NCBI GenBank assembly: GCA_963803205.1 | Contig: CAWDLG010000006.1 | Coordinates: 116,977-180,976 of the forward strand | Length of the DNA stretch: 64,000 nt | Source of the DNA: Terriglobales bacterium | GTDB taxonomy: Bacteria; Acidobacteriota; Terriglobia; Terriglobales; Acidobacteriaceae | Reading direction: 5' to 3' | Shown: positions 39,078 through 48,301 of the stretch, one piece after another | Numbering within the stretch: position 1 is the stretch's first letter | Layout of the letters: each line of letters begins with the position of its first letter | Made by a program: the position numbers and the translations under genes | The notes under the pieces: generated by a model | The model's input: only the letters and a program-made list of their open reading frames with translations | Database searches by the model: none | What the model was told of the DNA's origin: nothing

Positions 39078-40853
39078 TTGATTTCCAGACTTAGCCTGCT
39101 TTTCCTGACTATCGCCCTGATCTCGTCTCCCCTGCCGAGGGGGAGCGCAGAGCCCAGTTGGATCGAGACCAGCAACAGTTACACGCACATGCTGCTAACT
39201 GTCGCCATGAAGCATCATCCGGAGATCGGATCGGATCAGGGGCTGAGCGATTACGACACCGAGATCGCGCAGCCGACCCTGGCGGATGAAGATCGCGAAC
39301 GCGAGGAGAACGAGGCGGTGGTTTCCAAGCTGAAGGCCGCTGCGGGACAGGATCAGCAGAAGGACGTCGCGCAGGACTTGCAGATCATGATCCGCAAGAC
39401 GGAACTTCAGTTCAAGGAAGACGATTTCGAGCGGGCCCACGAAGTGCCTTTCCTGAATGCGAGTGGCACGGTCTTTCGCGGGCTGCGGATTCTCCTCGAT
39501 GAACAGACTCCCAGCGAACGGCGGGCCGCGGCGGTGGTTCGAATCCGAAAGTATGCGGGGCTGGAACAGGGCTACAAGCCCATCACCGAAATTCTGAAGC
39601 AGCGCGCAGTTGAGCAGATGGCTAAGCCGGGCGTGTTTTATCCGTCAAAAACCCAGATTGAGACCGAGCTGGGACGAAATTCTAATTATGTTGACGGAAT
39701 TGCGGCGCTGCTGGAGAAGTACAAGCTCAGCGGCTGGCAGGAGCCTTTTGGAAAACTGAAGGCTCAGCTCAGCGATTACGATGCCTGGGTCCGGTCCACG
39801 ATCCTCCCAAAAGCCAGAACAGACTTCCGCCTTCCTCCCGAAGAGTACGCGCTCAACCTGGAAGACTACGGCATCGATATACCGCCCGCGCAGGTCGCGG
39901 CCATGGCGCACTCGGCATTCGAGGAAATCCAGGCTGAGATGAAACCGATCGCGGCGAAGATTGCCGCCGAGCGCCATCTGCCCTCCAGCGACTATCGCGA
40001 TGTAATCCGGGAACTGAAGAAGAAGCAGCTCGTCGGCGATGCGATTCTGCCGTTCTACGAAGACCGATTGAAGCAGATCGAGAAAATCATCACAGACAAG
40101 CAAATCGTAAGCCTGCCGGACCGTCCGGCGCGCATTCGCATCGCGACTGCGGCTGAAACCGCCCAGCAGCCGGCGCCGCACATGTCGCCGCCACCATTTC
40201 TGCACAATACCGGGCAGAAAGGCGAGTTTGTCCTGCCCCTGAATATTCCTTCCTCACCCGGGCATCCGAATGCCGAGAAGTACGACGATTTCACTTTCGA
40301 TGCCGCCGCCTGGACCCTCACGGCGCATGAGGCACGGCCCGGGCACGAGCTGCAGTTCGACTCCATGCTGGAGCACGGTGTTTCCCTTGCCAGGATTCGC
40401 TATGCCTTCAATAGCACCAACGTGGAGGGCTGGGGGCTATATTCCGAGTACCTGATCCGGCCTTACATGCCGCTTGAGGGCCAACTGGTGTCCCTGGACT
40501 ACCGGCTTCTGCGGGCGGCTCGCGCGTTCCTGGATCCCGAGCTGCAAGCAGGCAAAATTCAGCCCGAGGATGCCTTCCGCGTGCTGGAGAACGACGTGGT
40601 GCAGTCGCACGCCTTTGCCCAGGAGGAGGTCGAGCGCTACACCTATCGCGCGCCGGGCCAGGCCAATAGCTACTTCTACGGCTACACCAAGCTTCTCGCT
40701 CTAAGGAAAGACGTGGAGGCGGCGCTCGGGCCTAAGTTCAATCAAAAGAAGTTCCACGATTTCATCCTGGCTCAAGGTCTGTTGCCGCCCGACCTGATGC
40801 GGAAAGCTGTAATGGAGGATTTTGTTCAGGTGAAACCGGACGCCGGCAACTGA
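39078..40853 (+). CDS. secreted DUF885-family protein (metallopeptidase-like fold)
   Basis: TTG start preceded by AAGGAGG (39067-39073). It has a signal peptide. The DUF885-type core motif is TAHEARPGHELQFD...EGWGLYSE. Confidence 0.7.
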   Translation: MISRLSLLFLTIALISSPLPRGSAEPSWIETSNSYTHMLLTVAMKHHPEIGSDQGLSDYDTEIAQPTLADEDREREENEAVVSKLKAAAGQDQQKDVAQDLQIMIRKTELQFKEDDFERAHEVPFLNASGTVFRGLRILLDEQTPSERRAAAVVRIRKYAGLEQGYKPITEILKQRAVEQMAKPGVFYPSKTQIETELGRNSNYVDGIAALLEKYKLSGWQEPFGKLKAQLSDYDAWVRSTILPKARTDFRLPPEEYALNLEDYGIDIPPAQVAAMAHSAFEEIQAEMKPIAAKIAAERHLPSSDYRDVIRELKKKQLVGDAILPFYEDRLKQIEKIITDKQIVSLPDRPARIRIATAAETAQQPAPHMSPPPFLHNTGQKGEFVLPLNIPSSPGHPNAEKYDDFTFDAAAWTLTAHEARPGHELQFDSMLEHGVSLARIRYAFNSTNVEGWGLYSEYLIRPYMPLEGQLVSLDYRLLRAARAFLDPELQAGKIQPEDAFRVLENDVVQSHAFAQEEVERYTYRAPGQANSYFYGYTKLLALRKDVEAALGPKFNQKKFHDFILAQGLLPPDLMRKAVMEDFVQVKPDAGN

Positions 40854-40968
40854 CGCTGACGGCTGGATCGCCGGTCAGTCAGTAACTCCGATTTCCGCAG
40901 TATTACTTCCGTAAGCCAAAAGTACCTTTTGACGCCGCCAGAGCGACGGTAAACTGCTTCATAAAATC

Positions 40969-42189
40969 GTGTCTCTGAATCTGGTATCAGGCAATTCGAC
41001 ATTCGAAGTCGGGACTAGGCAGCGGAAGGTGGAGCTTCGTGTCTTGTTCCTGCTGCTCGCCGGTCTGGTCGCGCTGGCGGCCCTTTCCACGGTTTTCTAC
41101 CGCGAGGCGGCGGAACTCCTTGTCCTGGGTGTCACGCACCGTAGCCGGGAATTTACCGTCCTCAATCCGTTCGTCATTGCTGGCTTTTCCCTCATCGTCC
41201 TGCTGGCGTGCTCCATCTGCTCCTGGCTAATTCTCACCCATCTGAAGAAAGGGGAAGAAAACCGGGAATTGCTTGCCGAGAGCCAGGAGGAGTACCGGGA
41301 ACTGTGCGACAGCGCGCATGACCTGATCGATGTGCTCACGCCCGACGGCAAGGTGCTGTACGCGAATGCCGCCTGGCAGCATGCCCTGGGTTACACGGCG
41401 GAAGAAGTCTCGGGATTGACGCTGAGAGATGTGGTGCATCCGGATGATTGGCCGCAGGCCGAGGAAGGGCTGCAGCGCCTGGCGGCCGGAATCGGCCGCA
41501 GCCGTTTCGAGGTGCGATTCCGCGCGAAAGATGGCTCGACAATCTTCCTCGAGGGTACCGTCAGCTGCCGACGGGTTGAAGGCAAGCCGGTGGTCATCCG
41601 CGGCATTCTGCGCGATATCACCGAGCGGAAGCGGTCCGAATTACAGGTGCAACAGCTGCAACAACGGCTGAAGGAGTCCCTGGCGAAGGAACAGGAACTG
41701 GCCCGGATCGATCCCTTAACCCACGTCGCAAACCGGCGCGCATTCTACGAGGTGGCCGAAGCAGAATCGGCGCGGGCCAGGCGGTACCGCCGCCCGATCA
41801 GCGTCGCCTATCTCGATATCGATGACTTCAAGCGGGTGAATGACACGCTCGGCCACTCGAGCGGCGATGCCCTCCTGGTGAGCGTCGCCAGCACCCTGCG
41901 CAGCCAGTTGCGGACCACCGATGTGGTCGCGCGTATGGGGGGAGATGAATTTGCCCTCATGCTGCCGGAAACTGATGCCTCATCGGCACAGGTCGTGCTG
42001 GAAAAGCTGCAACGCGCCCTGCTCGAAACCGTGCGGGCCAGCGACTGGCAGGTGACCTTCAGCATTGGCGCTGCCAGTTTTGCCGTTCCTCCTGACTCCC
42101 TCGACACCATGCTCCGGTTGGCGGACGAAAAGATGTACGCCATCAAGGCCCAGGGCAAGAATCGGATTTCCGTTTCCGTAGAGGGCTGA
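40969..42189 (+). CDS. membrane-anchored PAS-GGDEF diguanylate cyclase
   Basis: GTG start. It has two N-terminal TM segments, a PAS domain (DLIDVLTPDGKVLYANAAWQHALGYTAEEV...), a coiled-coil linker, and a GGDEF domain with RMGGDEFALML and an RxxD-like I-site region. Confidence 0.85.
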   Translation: MSLNLVSGNSTFEVGTRQRKVELRVLFLLLAGLVALAALSTVFYREAAELLVLGVTHRSREFTVLNPFVIAGFSLIVLLACSICSWLILTHLKKGEENRELLAESQEEYRELCDSAHDLIDVLTPDGKVLYANAAWQHALGYTAEEVSGLTLRDVVHPDDWPQAEEGLQRLAAGIGRSRFEVRFRAKDGSTIFLEGTVSCRRVEGKPVVIRGILRDITERKRSELQVQQLQQRLKESLAKEQELARIDPLTHVANRRAFYEVAEAESARARRYRRPISVAYLDIDDFKRVNDTLGHSSGDALLVSVASTLRSQLRTTDVVARMGGDEFALMLPETDASSAQVVLEKLQRALLETVRASDWQVTFSIGAASFAVPPDSLDTMLRLADEKMYAIKAQGKNRISVSVEG

Positions 42190-42334
42190 CGTTTTCTGTT
42201 TTCCTCCGCATCATTCAGTCCGCTGGGATACCTCGCAGCTCTAAATCAGACCGTCAAATCGATTTGGACATCCCCAGCGCGAACAGGACCATCTGAGGGC
42301 TGCTACAAAATTTCTCCCGTAGGGGTTTTCGAAA

Positions 42335-42586
42335 ATGCCAAACGAGCCAAATCAAGGTCAGCAGTCGGATCAAGGACAACCGAAGCAGCAGGACCAGAAG
42401 AACCCGAACACTGGCCAGCAGTCTGAGCGCCAGAATCCTTCCGGCGGACAGCCGTTCAACGAGGAACAACAGCGGCGCGCTCCGGGCAGCGAGCAGGAAA
42501 ATGAGGGGAATCAGGAGCGTCGGGCTCCGGGCGGCACCGAGGATGCTGATGAGGGCGACCAGGAAAGGCGCAGAAAGAGCGCTTAA
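42335..42586 (+). CDS. small (83 aa) highly hydrophilic Q/E/N/G-rich protein, predicted to be disordered; function unknown
   Basis: It is the only long ORF in an otherwise empty 450-bp interval and is followed 22 nt later by a strong intrinsic terminator. It has no hydrophobic core and carries an internal repeat QQRRAPGSE / NQERRAPGGTE. Confidence 0.5.
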   Translation: MPNEPNQGQQSDQGQPKQQDQKNPNTGQQSERQNPSGGQPFNEEQQRRAPGSEQENEGNQERRAPGGTEDADEGDQERRRKSA

Positions 42587-42608
42587 GCAGCACCCGTCTC
42601 AGGATCGA

Positions 42609-42641
42609 GACCCCTCGTTTTTGAAACGAGGGGTCTTTTTT
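42609..42641 (+). terminator. Rho-independent terminator after the small hydrophilic ORF
   Basis: The 11-bp stem GACCCCTCGTT / AACGAGGGGTC has a 5-nt loop and is followed by TTTTTT. The T-tract abuts the stop codon of the convergent AsmA gene. Confidence 0.75.
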
Positions 42642-44272
42642 CACTTCTTTTCCTGCTTCTTCCTGCCGAACAGCCCGCCGATCTTGCCGAAAATCCCGCC
42701 GCCAGACTTGCCGTTGTCCTGCAAACTCTTTTGCAGCTGGTTTTGGATCTGGCTGTTTACTATGCCCTTCACATCCGGCACGAACGTCGGGTTGGACGTG
42801 GTGCCCTTGACGAAAAATGGCAGGCTGGCGCCCTTGTTTCCCAAGCCGGCCATTTGGGTGAGTCCGGTGACCGCGCTGCCCGCCAGATTGGCGTTCATCT
42901 TGTAATCCATCTCGCCTCCGGGGCTGATGGTTCCACTCCCGGTAAGAACGCCCAGGGCGGGGACCGTCAGGTTGATGTCGTGGGTCTGGATGCCGGACGG
43001 AGAGAAACGCAAGTCGGTGCTGAGGTTCTGGATGGAGGTATCCGGCCCCGTCTGGCTGCTGCCGCTCAGCTTGGAGATCGCGGCGAGCTTGGAACCAAGG
43101 TTGAAGCCCGCGAGCTTGCTATCGGAGAGGCGAATTGGGCCGGTGATGACCAGCTTATCCGTGCTGCCCGAAATTCCCAGCGTGGTGGAGAGCGTACCGC
43201 CGTTCAATGACGAGCCCGGCGGCAGAGTGATCCCTACGGCCGGCAACATAGCCTGGAGATCGTTTACGGGCATGGACTGGCCGCTCAACTTCATGTTCAG
43301 GAAGGTCGAATCGCCCTGCATGCGATAGGTTCCGCCAAGCTGTGCCAGCGCCTTGCCCATGATCACGTTCCCCTGGGTGAGCTGGCCGGATTGCTTCTGC
43401 AGGTCATGCTCGATGGCGTATTTGACCTGTACGGGGCGTCCTGCAGGTGCGCCCTTCGGAACCAGCTTGAGCCGGTCAGCATTCACGGTGCCGCTGCTGT
43501 GCATCACGCTTCCGTCCGACTTCAGGGTTCCGTCGAAGTCCGCCACACCAGAAATGCCAGAGCTGGGTTCGACGAATCCGGACGCCCCCAGATCCAGCCG
43601 CTTGACGTCGACTTTGGCTTCCAGGGGCGTAAGCGACGCGTCGCTTGGGCTAATCGGTCCGGCTGTGCCGTCCAGGTTCAGTTCTCCTCCGCCGGGCAGG
43701 CCGGCGGAAAGCGTGAACGGGAACTGGGAGGCGAAGGAGAAATTCTTCACCGTGACATTCACCTTGTCATAGGTGTGAAGCTTCTTGTCGGATCCGGCGT
43801 TTCCTATTGAGACGCTGCCATTGCTAACCCTGAGTTTGGCGACCGACAGGTTGGGATTGGTGGAACTTTGCGACGTCGACTTCGAGCCGCCCAGGCTGGA
43901 AAAGTTCCATGTTCCAGACGTGGAACGCAGCAGCACAACCTGCGGCTCGTCCAGCGTCAGATCGGTAATCCGCAGAGTCTTGGAGAAGATCAGCGGCATC
44001 AGCTCCACGCCGACTTTCAACGATTTGGCGCGGATGAAGGGATCCGTGCTGAACGCCGGATCGTCGGCGATGGAGATGTTCTCCGCCGCGATGCCCCCCG
44101 ACAGAATGGACAAATCGAGATTTCCCACCTTGACCTGGCGGCCGAGCGCCGAGGACAGCTCAGACTCCAGCTTGGGACGGAAGCTGTTTACGTTCAGTGT
44201 GAAGGGAAGCGCGATCAGCGCCACGATCAGGACGGCAAGAACGATTCCAATGATTTTGAGCGCCCGTTTCAT
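42641..44272 (-). CDS. AsmA-family outer-membrane biogenesis protein
   Basis: The ATG at 44272 gives the N-terminal anchor MKRALKIIGIVLAVLIVALIALPFTLNVNSFRPKLESELSSALGRQVKVGNLDLS (the canonical AsmA start). The body is long and beta-rich, with a basic C-terminal tail. Confidence 0.8.
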   Translation of the reverse strand: MKRALKIIGIVLAVLIVALIALPFTLNVNSFRPKLESELSSALGRQVKVGNLDLSILSGGIAAENISIADDPAFSTDPFIRAKSLKVGVELMPLIFSKTLRITDLTLDEPQVVLLRSTSGTWNFSSLGGSKSTSQSSTNPNLSVAKLRVSNGSVSIGNAGSDKKLHTYDKVNVTVKNFSFASQFPFTLSAGLPGGGELNLDGTAGPISPSDASLTPLEAKVDVKRLDLGASGFVEPSSGISGVADFDGTLKSDGSVMHSSGTVNADRLKLVPKGAPAGRPVQVKYAIEHDLQKQSGQLTQGNVIMGKALAQLGGTYRMQGDSTFLNMKLSGQSMPVNDLQAMLPAVGITLPPGSSLNGGTLSTTLGISGSTDKLVITGPIRLSDSKLAGFNLGSKLAAISKLSGSSQTGPDTSIQNLSTDLRFSPSGIQTHDINLTVPALGVLTGSGTISPGGEMDYKMNANLAGSAVTGLTQMAGLGNKGASLPFFVKGTTSNPTFVPDVKGIVNSQIQNQLQKSLQDNGKSGGGIFGKIGGLFGRKKQEKK

Positions 44273-44393
44273 GATGAGTTTCCTTCCTGTTACCGCAGAT
44301 GATTGGATGACGGTTAGCGGAAAACGGTGGGCGAGGCAGCGCACAGTTTACCAAAAGCCATCCCGCCGATCGCAAGGCCGGACTCCCGCGATC

Positions 44394-45542
44394 CTATGAG
44401 TACTGAACCTTCACCCAGCGGCGTTCGCGTGAACTGAGTGCGATGGCGTCGCACAGAATCATCTCGTCGTGTCCGGTTTCGAAAGTGGGGAAGGTTCGCG
44501 CGGCCGCGAAGTCTCCCACGGACACATAAGCGTAAAAGTCCTTGAAGAGTTGCGCGAACGTGTCCGGATATCCTTCCTGGTGGCCGCCCGGATAGGCCGA
44601 ATAGCCTCGCGCCTCGGGACTCATGATGGAAGGATCCTTGGGCATTTCCCGGCTGGGCTGGCTCCGCTGCCCGATCCAGAGAATATTAGGCGACTCGGAA
44701 TTCCATGCCAGCGAACCCTTCGAGCCGTCGACCTCCCACCAGAGACGGGTTTTACGCCCGGCGCTGACCTGCGAAACGGTCATGGCTCCGTGCATTCCGC
44801 CTTCGAGATGAAGCAAGACGGAGGCGTAGTCGTCGGTTTCGATCTTAATTTCATCGTAGGCGCCCTCAGTCCGCTGAAAAGTTTCGACGCGCCCCCGTGG
44901 CTTTTGCCGCACCGGAATAACGGTGCCGAGATCGGCGCATAGCTCCGTAACCTTGCGCCCGGTGATCCACGTGACCATATCGAGCCAGTGGGTGCCGATA
45001 TCGGCGACAACCCGCAGGTCGCCGCCCGCCTTAGGCTCGAGGCGCCAGTTCCAGTCCGTGGGGTAGAGCAGCCAATCCTGCAGGAAGCTGCCATGCACCA
45101 GGAGCGGCTCTCCGATATCCCCACGAGCGACGATCGTGTGCGCCTCCTGGCAGAGGGGATAGAAGCGGAGGTTGTAGGCGACGCCGCCAACGCGTTTGCT
45201 CTTGCGGCAGATATCAATCAGGCCGGCGCTTTCCCGGGTGTCCATCGCGAGAGGCTTTTCGCACATGACGTGCTTGCCTGCTTCGAGACAACTCTTGGCC
45301 TGATCGAAGTGGACGTTGTTGGGAGTGCAGAGGTGAACCACATCGACGGTCTTGTCGCCCGCGAGCTCAGCCAGCGACTGGTAAGCGCGTTCCACGTTCA
45401 GGACGCCAGCGGCTTCCTTCGTCCTCTCCGGACTGCTGCCCAGGATCCCCTGAACCGGAATGCCGCGCCGCCGCAAGGACTCCAGGTGCGCTCTGCCTAC
45501 AAATCCGACACCGACCACCGCTGCTCTTATGTTTGGCACCAT
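44394..45542 (-). CDS. Gfo/Idh/MocA-family NAD(P)-dependent oxidoreductase
   Basis: N-terminal Rossmann fold IRAAVVGVGFVGRAHLESL and the EKP motif (VMCEKPLA), typical of this family. Confidence 0.85.
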   Translation of the reverse strand: MVPNIRAAVVGVGFVGRAHLESLRRRGIPVQGILGSSPERTKEAAGVLNVERAYQSLAELAGDKTVDVVHLCTPNNVHFDQAKSCLEAGKHVMCEKPLAMDTRESAGLIDICRKSKRVGGVAYNLRFYPLCQEAHTIVARGDIGEPLLVHGSFLQDWLLYPTDWNWRLEPKAGGDLRVVADIGTHWLDMVTWITGRKVTELCADLGTVIPVRQKPRGRVETFQRTEGAYDEIKIETDDYASVLLHLEGGMHGAMTVSQVSAGRKTRLWWEVDGSKGSLAWNSESPNILWIGQRSQPSREMPKDPSIMSPEARGYSAYPGGHQEGYPDTFAQLFKDFYAYVSVGDFAAARTFPTFETGHDEMILCDAIALSSRERRWVKVQYS

Positions 45543-45624
45543 TCACCTCGAAGGAGAAAGCAGTGTACCGCAACAATGGAATCCACGGATTCCGGCCCAG
45601 ACCCGACTTAGAGATCAGGATTTT

Positions 45625-46827
45625 TCAGCCCACCTCTGCGTGCTGCGGCGTAGCCTTGACGACAGTTAAGGCATGCTCCAGGTCGGCGATGAGGTCGTCG
45701 GCGCTCTCGATTCCGACCGAGAGCCTCACCAATTGGTCGGTAACGCCCATCCTGGCGCGCTGTTCGGGCAGAATCATGGCGTGGGAGGTCAGCGCCGGAA
45801 TCGTAACCAGGGAATCGACCCCGCCCAGGGAGGGAGCGAGTGAGAAAAGCCGCAGCGATTCGGCCAGCCGGCAGGCGTCTTTGCCGCTGCCTTCCACCTC
45901 GAAGCTGAGGACGCCGCCTCCCCCGCGCATCTGCTCGGCAGCCACCGCACCCTGCGGGTGTCCGGCCAGAAACGGATAGTTCACGCTTCGCACCCTCGGA
46001 TGCGCCCGCAGATACTCAGCCACCCGCAGCGCATTTTCATTCTGCCGCTGCACCCTCACGGCCAGTGTCTTGATGCCCCGCAGCAACAGCCAGGCGGCGT
46101 GCGGGTCCATCGTCCCGCCAAGAGTGGTGCGGGTTTCCTTGATCCGGGCGATCAGGTCGGCACTTCCCGCGACGATTCCGCAAATGAGATCGGTGTGCCC
46201 GCCAAAGTATTTTGTGCCGGAGTGCATGACGAGGTCGATGCCGAAGTCCAGGGGCCGCTGGTTGATGGGAGTCGCAAAGGTGCTGTCGATAAACGTTGTG
46301 ATCCCATGCTGCTTCGCGAGGCTCGTAACTTTTTTGAGATCCACGACCCGCAAAGTCGGGTTGGTCGGCGACTCCAGGTAGAGCAGTTTCGTCGTGGGCC
46401 GGATCGCCCGCGCGTGCTGGTCGTACTCCGTTGTATCCACAAATGTGGTTTCAACTCCCAGCTTGGGCAGCCACTGGCTGAGGAATTTTGTCCCTCCTCC
46501 GTAGATGTCCCGCTGCGCCACGATGTGATCGCCGCTCCGGGTGAGGGCAAGGACAGAGGTCGTGATCGCGGACATTCCCGAGGCGAACAACAGCGCGGCG
46601 TCGGCGCCTTCCAGTTCCGCGACGGCTTTCTCGGCGACAGTGTGCGTGGGATTGCCGTAGCGCGTGTAAAACATGTCCGTCGGAGTCGCCCGGACCTGCT
46701 GCTCGGTATCGGTTACTTCGAAGGTCGACGTCTGGTAGATGGGAGTGACCAGCGGCGCGTTCTTCTTGCTGAGGTCCTGGCCTCCGCGCACAGCTTCGGT
46801 CTCCGGACGGTGCTCGTGGGGCTTCAT
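45625..46827 (-). CDS. Cys/Met-metabolism PLP-dependent enzyme (cystathionine gamma-synthase / gamma-lyase / methionine gamma-lyase family)
   Basis: Motifs: TPIYQTSTF, YTRYGNPT, HSGTKYFGGHTD (PLP-lysine motif), LGGVDSLV...PALTSH. The exact specificity cannot be read from sequence. Confidence 0.85.
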   Translation of the reverse strand: MKPHEHRPETEAVRGGQDLSKKNAPLVTPIYQTSTFEVTDTEQQVRATPTDMFYTRYGNPTHTVAEKAVAELEGADAALLFASGMSAITTSVLALTRSGDHIVAQRDIYGGGTKFLSQWLPKLGVETTFVDTTEYDQHARAIRPTTKLLYLESPTNPTLRVVDLKKVTSLAKQHGITTFIDSTFATPINQRPLDFGIDLVMHSGTKYFGGHTDLICGIVAGSADLIARIKETRTTLGGTMDPHAAWLLLRGIKTLAVRVQRQNENALRVAEYLRAHPRVRSVNYPFLAGHPQGAVAAEQMRGGGGVLSFEVEGSGKDACRLAESLRLFSLAPSLGGVDSLVTIPALTSHAMILPEQRARMGVTDQLVRLSVGIESADDLIADLEHALTVVKATPQHAEVG

Positions 46828-46942
46828 TTCGATATCCTCGCGGTCGGATCGCTTCGAACTCTCTTAGCCTAACGTCCGCTTTGGAAGCGGGCAAGGCTTA
46901 CGGCACAATATTCCCGCTTGCTGCCGCTATAATTTCCTGGCG

Positions 46943-47731
46943 ATGGATTTAGGCCTCAAGAATCGCGTTGTGCTCGTGGCAGCCTCCAGCCAGGGCATCG
47001 GGCTGGCAACCGCCCAGGCCTTCGCGGCCGAAGGTTGCCGGGTGGCGATGTGCGCCCGTAACCAGGAGACGCTCGCCAAGGCCGCGGACGGTATTCGGAA
47101 GCAATCCGGGGGCGACGTGTTTTACAAAGCCGTCGACGTCACTGACCCCGGGGCGGTGCGCGAACTGGTGAATGAGGTCGCTGCGAAATTCGGAGGCGTC
47201 GATATCTGCGTGGTAAACGCCGGCGGGCCTCCCGCCAAAGGATTCCTTTCTGCCGAGGTCGAAGAGTGGCGGAGGGCGCTGGACGCCAATTTTCTCAGCG
47301 CAGTCTACTTCGCCCGCGAGGTGATTCCCCACATGCAGCGAAAGCATTGGGGGCGGATTATCACCATCACATCGATCACGACGAAGCAGCCGATTGCCGA
47401 TCTGGTGCTCTCCAACGCCGCGCGGGCCGCGGTGGTAGGGCTGGTGAAGAGCCTTTCCAATGAATTCGGCAAAGATGGAATCCTGGTCAATAACGTCGGC
47501 CCGGGGTTCACTGCTACGGACCGATTGAAAGAACTGGCGGCAAGCCGCGCTTCGTCGCTGGGAAAGACAGAACAGGAAATTTTTGACGGATGGGCCGTCG
47601 ACTCCGCGCTGAAGAGACTGGCGGAACCGCGCGAAGTCGCTGAAACTATTGTCTGGCTTGCCTCGGAACGCGCATCCTATATTACCGGCCAGACCATACT
47701 CGTGGATGGCGGGTCATATAAGGGGCTTTAG
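46943..47731 (+). CDS. SDR-family oxidoreductase (FabG-like)
   Basis: VAASSQGIGLATA glycine motif, NAGG, and GPGFTATDR. The classical Tyr of YxxxK appears to be replaced (LSNAARAAVVG), as in some divergent SDRs. C-terminal YITGQTILVDGG. Confidence 0.8.
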   Translation: MDLGLKNRVVLVAASSQGIGLATAQAFAAEGCRVAMCARNQETLAKAADGIRKQSGGDVFYKAVDVTDPGAVRELVNEVAAKFGGVDICVVNAGGPPAKGFLSAEVEEWRRALDANFLSAVYFAREVIPHMQRKHWGRIITITSITTKQPIADLVLSNAARAAVVGLVKSLSNEFGKDGILVNNVGPGFTATDRLKELAASRASSLGKTEQEIFDGWAVDSALKRLAEPREVAETIVWLASERASYITGQTILVDGGSYKGL

Positions 47732-47752
47732 CAGATCCGGAAGGAGAATTCC

Positions 47753-48220
47753 ATGGTGAAAGCGAAGAGAAAAAAATCGTCACCGGCCCGTACGAAGGCC
47801 CGTCCGAAGCGGAAGGCGTCGGGCAAAAGCGAACTGAAGTATGTGCCCTGGAACGGAGTGGAACTGGAGACCCTGAATCCTCTCCTCCAGCGGCAGTTCA
47901 TGTACGGGCAGGACGTGATGCTGGCCCGCGTACTGCTGAAGAAAGGGTGCATCGTTCCGCTGCACAGCCATCATAACGAGCAGGTTGCGTACGTTCTCGA
48001 GGGAGCGTTGAAGTTCTGGATTGACGGGAAGGAAATTGTCGTCAAGGCAGGCGAGGTGCTGGCGATTCCCCCGCACATGCCGCACAAGGCCGAAGCCATG
48101 GAGGACACGGTGGACCTGGACGTTTTTACTCCGCCGCGCGCCGACTGGATCGCCAAGACCGATCAATATCTGCGGGATGAGAAGAGCAAACTGGCGAAAT
48201 CCCCACACATCGTCGGGTAA
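47753..48220 (+). CDS. cupin-domain protein with a polybasic N-terminal tail
   Basis: ATG preceded by GGAAGGAG. Cupin motifs PLHSHHNEQVAYVLEG and GEVLAIPPHMPH. The first approx. 27 residues are Lys/Arg-rich (MVKAKRKKSSPARTKARPKRKASGKSE). Confidence 0.75.
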   Translation: MVKAKRKKSSPARTKARPKRKASGKSELKYVPWNGVELETLNPLLQRQFMYGQDVMLARVLLKKGCIVPLHSHHNEQVAYVLEGALKFWIDGKEIVVKAGEVLAIPPHMPHKAEAMEDTVDLDVFTPPRADWIAKTDQYLRDEKSKLAKSPHIVG

Positions 48221-48301
48221 CCGCCCCGCAGTGCCGAAAAAACCAAATCCGCTCGCATCAGTCTGATATCCTGTGGCACCATTTTCCACACAGGCAGAAA
48301 C

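Noticed and set aside
46828-46942. A possible SAM or other riboswitch in the 5' leader of the Cys/Met PLP enzyme gene; a small hairpin CCGCTT-CCAA-AGCGG is present.
   Set aside because: The 115-nt spacer also has to hold the divergent SDR promoter (a TATAAT at about 46927). I could not trace the conserved helices of SAM-I, SAM-II or SAM-SAH elements by eye. An Rfam/Infernal scan would be needed to confirm any riboswitch.
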